Below are positions 60,829-64,000 of a stretch of DNA of 64,000 nucleotides, piece by piece. The stretch spans positions 9,982,001 through 10,046,000 of the forward strand of contig NC_086374.1 in the NCBI RefSeq assembly GCF_036588685.1, in the 5' to 3' direction. The translations under genes and the position numbers were made by a program. Origin of the DNA: Mytilus trossulus. Its lineage: Eukaryota. Below the pieces are notes generated by a model. It was given only the letters and a program-made list of their open reading frames with translations. It made no database searches and had not been told where the DNA came from. Numbering within the stretch: position 1 is the first letter of the stretch; every line of letters starts with the position of its first letter.

Positions 60829-61722
60829 TTGATATCATTTAAAAAAATAATAAAAATATGTAAAAGTTTAAAGCTCTTTAAAAGAGTTAAAAGTTGCTAT
60901 GAAGAAGTATTTATCAAATGTGAAGTTGTACTAAAATGTGAAACATATAACCAAAATGTGAAAATGTCAAATGTAGTGTGTAAATGTTGTTTAACTATTA
61001 TGATACATGTAATCATACATCAGCTGTTCAATGTTTACATTATAAACATAGGAATTAGGTTTTTACCTATGCTATATATAGTAACACGATTCACACTATC
61101 AGTTAACGGTGAACAGAACGAGAAACTTTTCTTTCTGAACCTTACATCACTGATGCGATACCTACAAATCAATAAAACAAATACAAGTAATACGATAGAG
61201 AAAAATAACTACTTGCCTGTAGAGTACGGATATAGTCCGGCAGTATGCACATATATTTGTCCACAACATCTTACTTTTAAATCCGAAAAAAAATACACAA
61301 AGTATATATCAAATGCACATGTATACAATAAAGCACCGCACTATTTCCATTGTATTGAATTAAAAAACCATGCAAGTAGCGTAAATCAGAAGAAATTCAC
61401 AACGATTCAGAATATTTCGAAACATGCTATATGCTGTGTTTCTGGTTTTACACTTTATAACCGTAAAAACATGAACGGCATTAAATTGTCCACCTTTCAA
61501 TCGTGTCGAGTTCTTGTTGTCAATTTAATACATATTTACATGATAGTATTTTCCTTTCAAACATGGACATCAAATTCTAAATTATTCAACTACCATGCGT
61601 TAAGTCCTACACTATCAAACTATCCAAATTTATTTACAATGCGTTTTAAAATACACATTACTTTCACGAAGTTTAATAGCGGAACAATTGGTTTAAGGTC
61701 ACACCAGGTGAAAGGTAATTAG
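60829..61722 (+). CDS. Unknown 297-codon ORF downstream of LINE ORF1
   Basis: Long stop-free frame in very AT-rich DNA with two hydrophobic stretches; no recognisable motif. Confidence 0.45.
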   Translation: MISFKKIIKICKSLKLFKRVKSCYEEVFIKCEVVLKCETYNQNVKMSNVVCKCCLTIMIHVIIHQLFNVYIINIGIRFLPMLYIVTRFTLSVNGEQNEKLFFLNLTSLMRYLQINKTNTSNTIEKNNYLPVEYGYSPAVCTYICPQHLTFKSEKKYTKYISNAHVYNKAPHYFHCIELKNHASSVNQKKFTTIQNISKHAICCVSGFTLYNRKNMNGIKLSTFQSCRVLVVNLIHIYMIVFSFQTWTSNSKLFNYHALSPTLSNYPNLFTMRFKIHITFTKFNSGTIGLRSHQVKGN

Positions 61723-63589
61723 TATGTAGGTTGTATAGATATGTGTAACAACTATGCATTAACCAAAATAATGAATATGTATTTTAATTGTGTACCAATT
61801 GATGTAACTGTATTAAATATCTCTGAGTGTTATAAAATTGCAACTTTGTGTAGTGTGTTGAAATTTAAGTATAATCATAATTCAGTGTATATAAAGTGCG
61901 AATCCAGCTAGTTCATTTTTACTGTTATATGCGGATATGTCTATTGTAGAATGGAGGATCATGGGAAAACTGTCATACGCAACTATTATCAGCACCCGCA
62001 GTGCGCATGCGCTAAGTTTGATCGCAGTCGATATCGACAAATTTACTATAGATTGTTAAAGGAAATATTGAATTTTGGTTAGCTGACAGTAAACAAAAAT
62101 AAATAGCTTATTCATTGGCATCACATTAGAAAATATATTTTCTTAGCTTTCTAATGACATAATTTATAATTGAATCGGGATTGCAGAAGTTACGGCCATT
62201 TTCATTTTAAAAAAAGTGGTTCATTCCCTATTACTTCATACAATTCAAAACCAAAAACGTATGCAAAGGAGTTTTCATATATGAATACATCTTTCACTAT
62301 TCTTAGAAATAAATCCATTGGCATAAATATATGTTCTTTGCTTTATAATCTTTCCCATGGTATATATTTGGTATTTTAGAAAATTTAATGAATCGGGGCC
62401 TTTTTTTATCCAAAACTGGAGTTGTTGTCATTGTTTGAAGATTGCGAGAAAAATTCTAAGTCCATGGAAGTATTATATTGATATATATAATACTTCCATG
62501 GTTCTACCAAGTAAATCGCTCACAGGTCACAAAACAAAGTTAAATCTATTTGACTTGTACATAAAATATTTATACATTTAATAAAATGTTTTACATCATG
62601 AATTTAAAAATTCAGTAAAGTAAAAGAAGTGTAACTTTTATTTAAAATAATATTTTTGTCCAGCTGTCAGTTTTCTTTATTTTTGATAATATAAAATATT
62701 TCATTATTACATTAACTCAGACTTTTGGATGTTTTTCGTGAAGCGTATTCAAAAAATTTGAAATCCCATCTAAAATGGATTTGTTTTTTTTGCAATTTTC
62801 TTACAGATCCTTTAAAAAGTTTTTTTTTAATAATAAGGCGGCCGTAACTAAACAATTTTGAAACTTGAACATGTTCATCTGATTAACATAGAAGTAATAG
62901 ATACATATTTTATAAATATTATTCTCATGTTTTAAAAAGACCAATTAGTTTTGATGAAACAGGAAAAGTGTCATTATCTTAAATTGTCCAGATGCAGTAA
63001 CACTTTCAGAAGATCTTTTGTAGTAGATGGATTTGGAATGAAATCTTATACGATACATTTTCTTTCATCAATTTGATACCTTTTCACTGCTTTTGATTGG
63101 CAATATGAATCGCTGTACTATCTTACATGTACATGTGATATATACTAGTCTATTGCTTGTTTGATGCACATTCTCCTTTTATCCACTTATCTTTTAGAAA
63201 AAATAAATTGCGTACGAACAAAATAAATATTATTTTTTATTTGTCTCCGTCCTTTCAGAAGTTTCTATCGTGAAATATATATATTTTTTTTATATTTGTA
63301 CATTCATGTAAAATTTGTATTAAAAAGGAAACTTATTTTGATTATTGTTCTGTTAATGTAAAGTTTACGGAGAGCTGTCTCATTGGCACTCATACCAAAT
63401 CTTCTTGCATTTATTTTGTACATGTATTTGCAGAATTTTTTATTTATCGAATGAATGAGATAATTTGAATCGTTAAAACATGAAAACAGATGCCTGCGAC
63501 CCCTGTTGTTTCAATTAGCATGTTCTAAAGATATCTGCGTGAAGTTCATAAATTTCATCAAGTATTTGATCACCTGTTGTGAATTTCAG

Positions 63590-63867
63590 ATAACACTGTA
63601 TCCGTGGTTAAAACTTTCCTTTACATATCAGTAATATTATTTTCCCCCCTTTTTTATATTATACTCGGAACATTATTGTATACACTTTTTCTGTGGGACT
63701 TTCTTTACGGTTTTAGGCGGCATGCAATAAAATTTTGGGAAAATTTGCTGATTAGTTTGAGAATATCAGTACATAAATTCATTAGTATCAGAAGTATGTG
63801 CTTCGATTGGCTTATATCTATAAAAAAAAAAAAAACAAGCAATCTAAGACTATATAATTTTTGTTAG
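63590..63867 (+). CDS. Probable exon 6 of Notch-ligand-like gene (transmembrane segment and cytoplasmic tail)
   Basis: gaatttcag| phase 1, D-NTVSVVKT-FLYISVILFSPLFYIILGTLLYTLFLWDFLYGF-RRH..; in frame with exon 5. A gtatgt donor at ~63794 could shorten this exon. Confidence 0.65.
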
Positions 63868-63869
63868 TG

Positions 63870-64000
63870 AGAGACCTATCTTTCCAGCAACGAACATGTG
63901 AAGCGTGAATAAATATTGTTGAAAATGAGAAACATGTATTGATAGAGTGTTCATTATAAGATGACCTGCAAACTGATCTTTTTTAGAAAAAAACTTTGTC
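63870..64000 (+). pseudogene. LINE C-terminal zinc-finger remnant
   Basis: QRTCEA*INIVENEKHVLIECSL resembles the CxxC..E..H....C motif. Confidence 0.45.

Overview
AT-rich eukaryotic (animal) genomic DNA. The repeat families suggest a bivalve mollusc, probably a mytilid mussel; this is an inference from recognition, not a search. Most of the window is transposon-derived. (1) A complete, very young Gmr1-type LTR retrotransposon (4294-11202, minus strand; 1118-bp LTRs, GTAAG TSD, tRNA-Leu PBS, Gag-PR-INT-RT-RH order) sits inside a decayed L1/Tx1-like LINE that nested insertions have stretched from ~1.9 to ~20.7 kb. (2) A degenerate Ngaro/DIRS-type tyrosine-recombinase retroelement has near-identical split direct repeats and an internal 34-bp satellite expansion (34796-39433). 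(3) Other elements include Penelope-like, CR1-like, Tc1, Ginger-like, CACTG-ended and Helentron-associated (HINE-like) elements and MITEs. Two host-type genes that the ORF track does not show as such were assembled by hand. The first is a six-exon, phase-consistent + strand gene (34206-63867, ~302 aa) encoding signal peptide + Notch-ligand-type N-terminal C2/MNNL domain + incomplete DSL motif + transmembrane segment, with no EGF repeats; it is the most interesting object in the window. The second is an apparently broken gene for a secreted Ig-like protein (21966-24953). No rRNA, tRNA gene or CRISPR array was found. All family assignments come from motifs read by eye.
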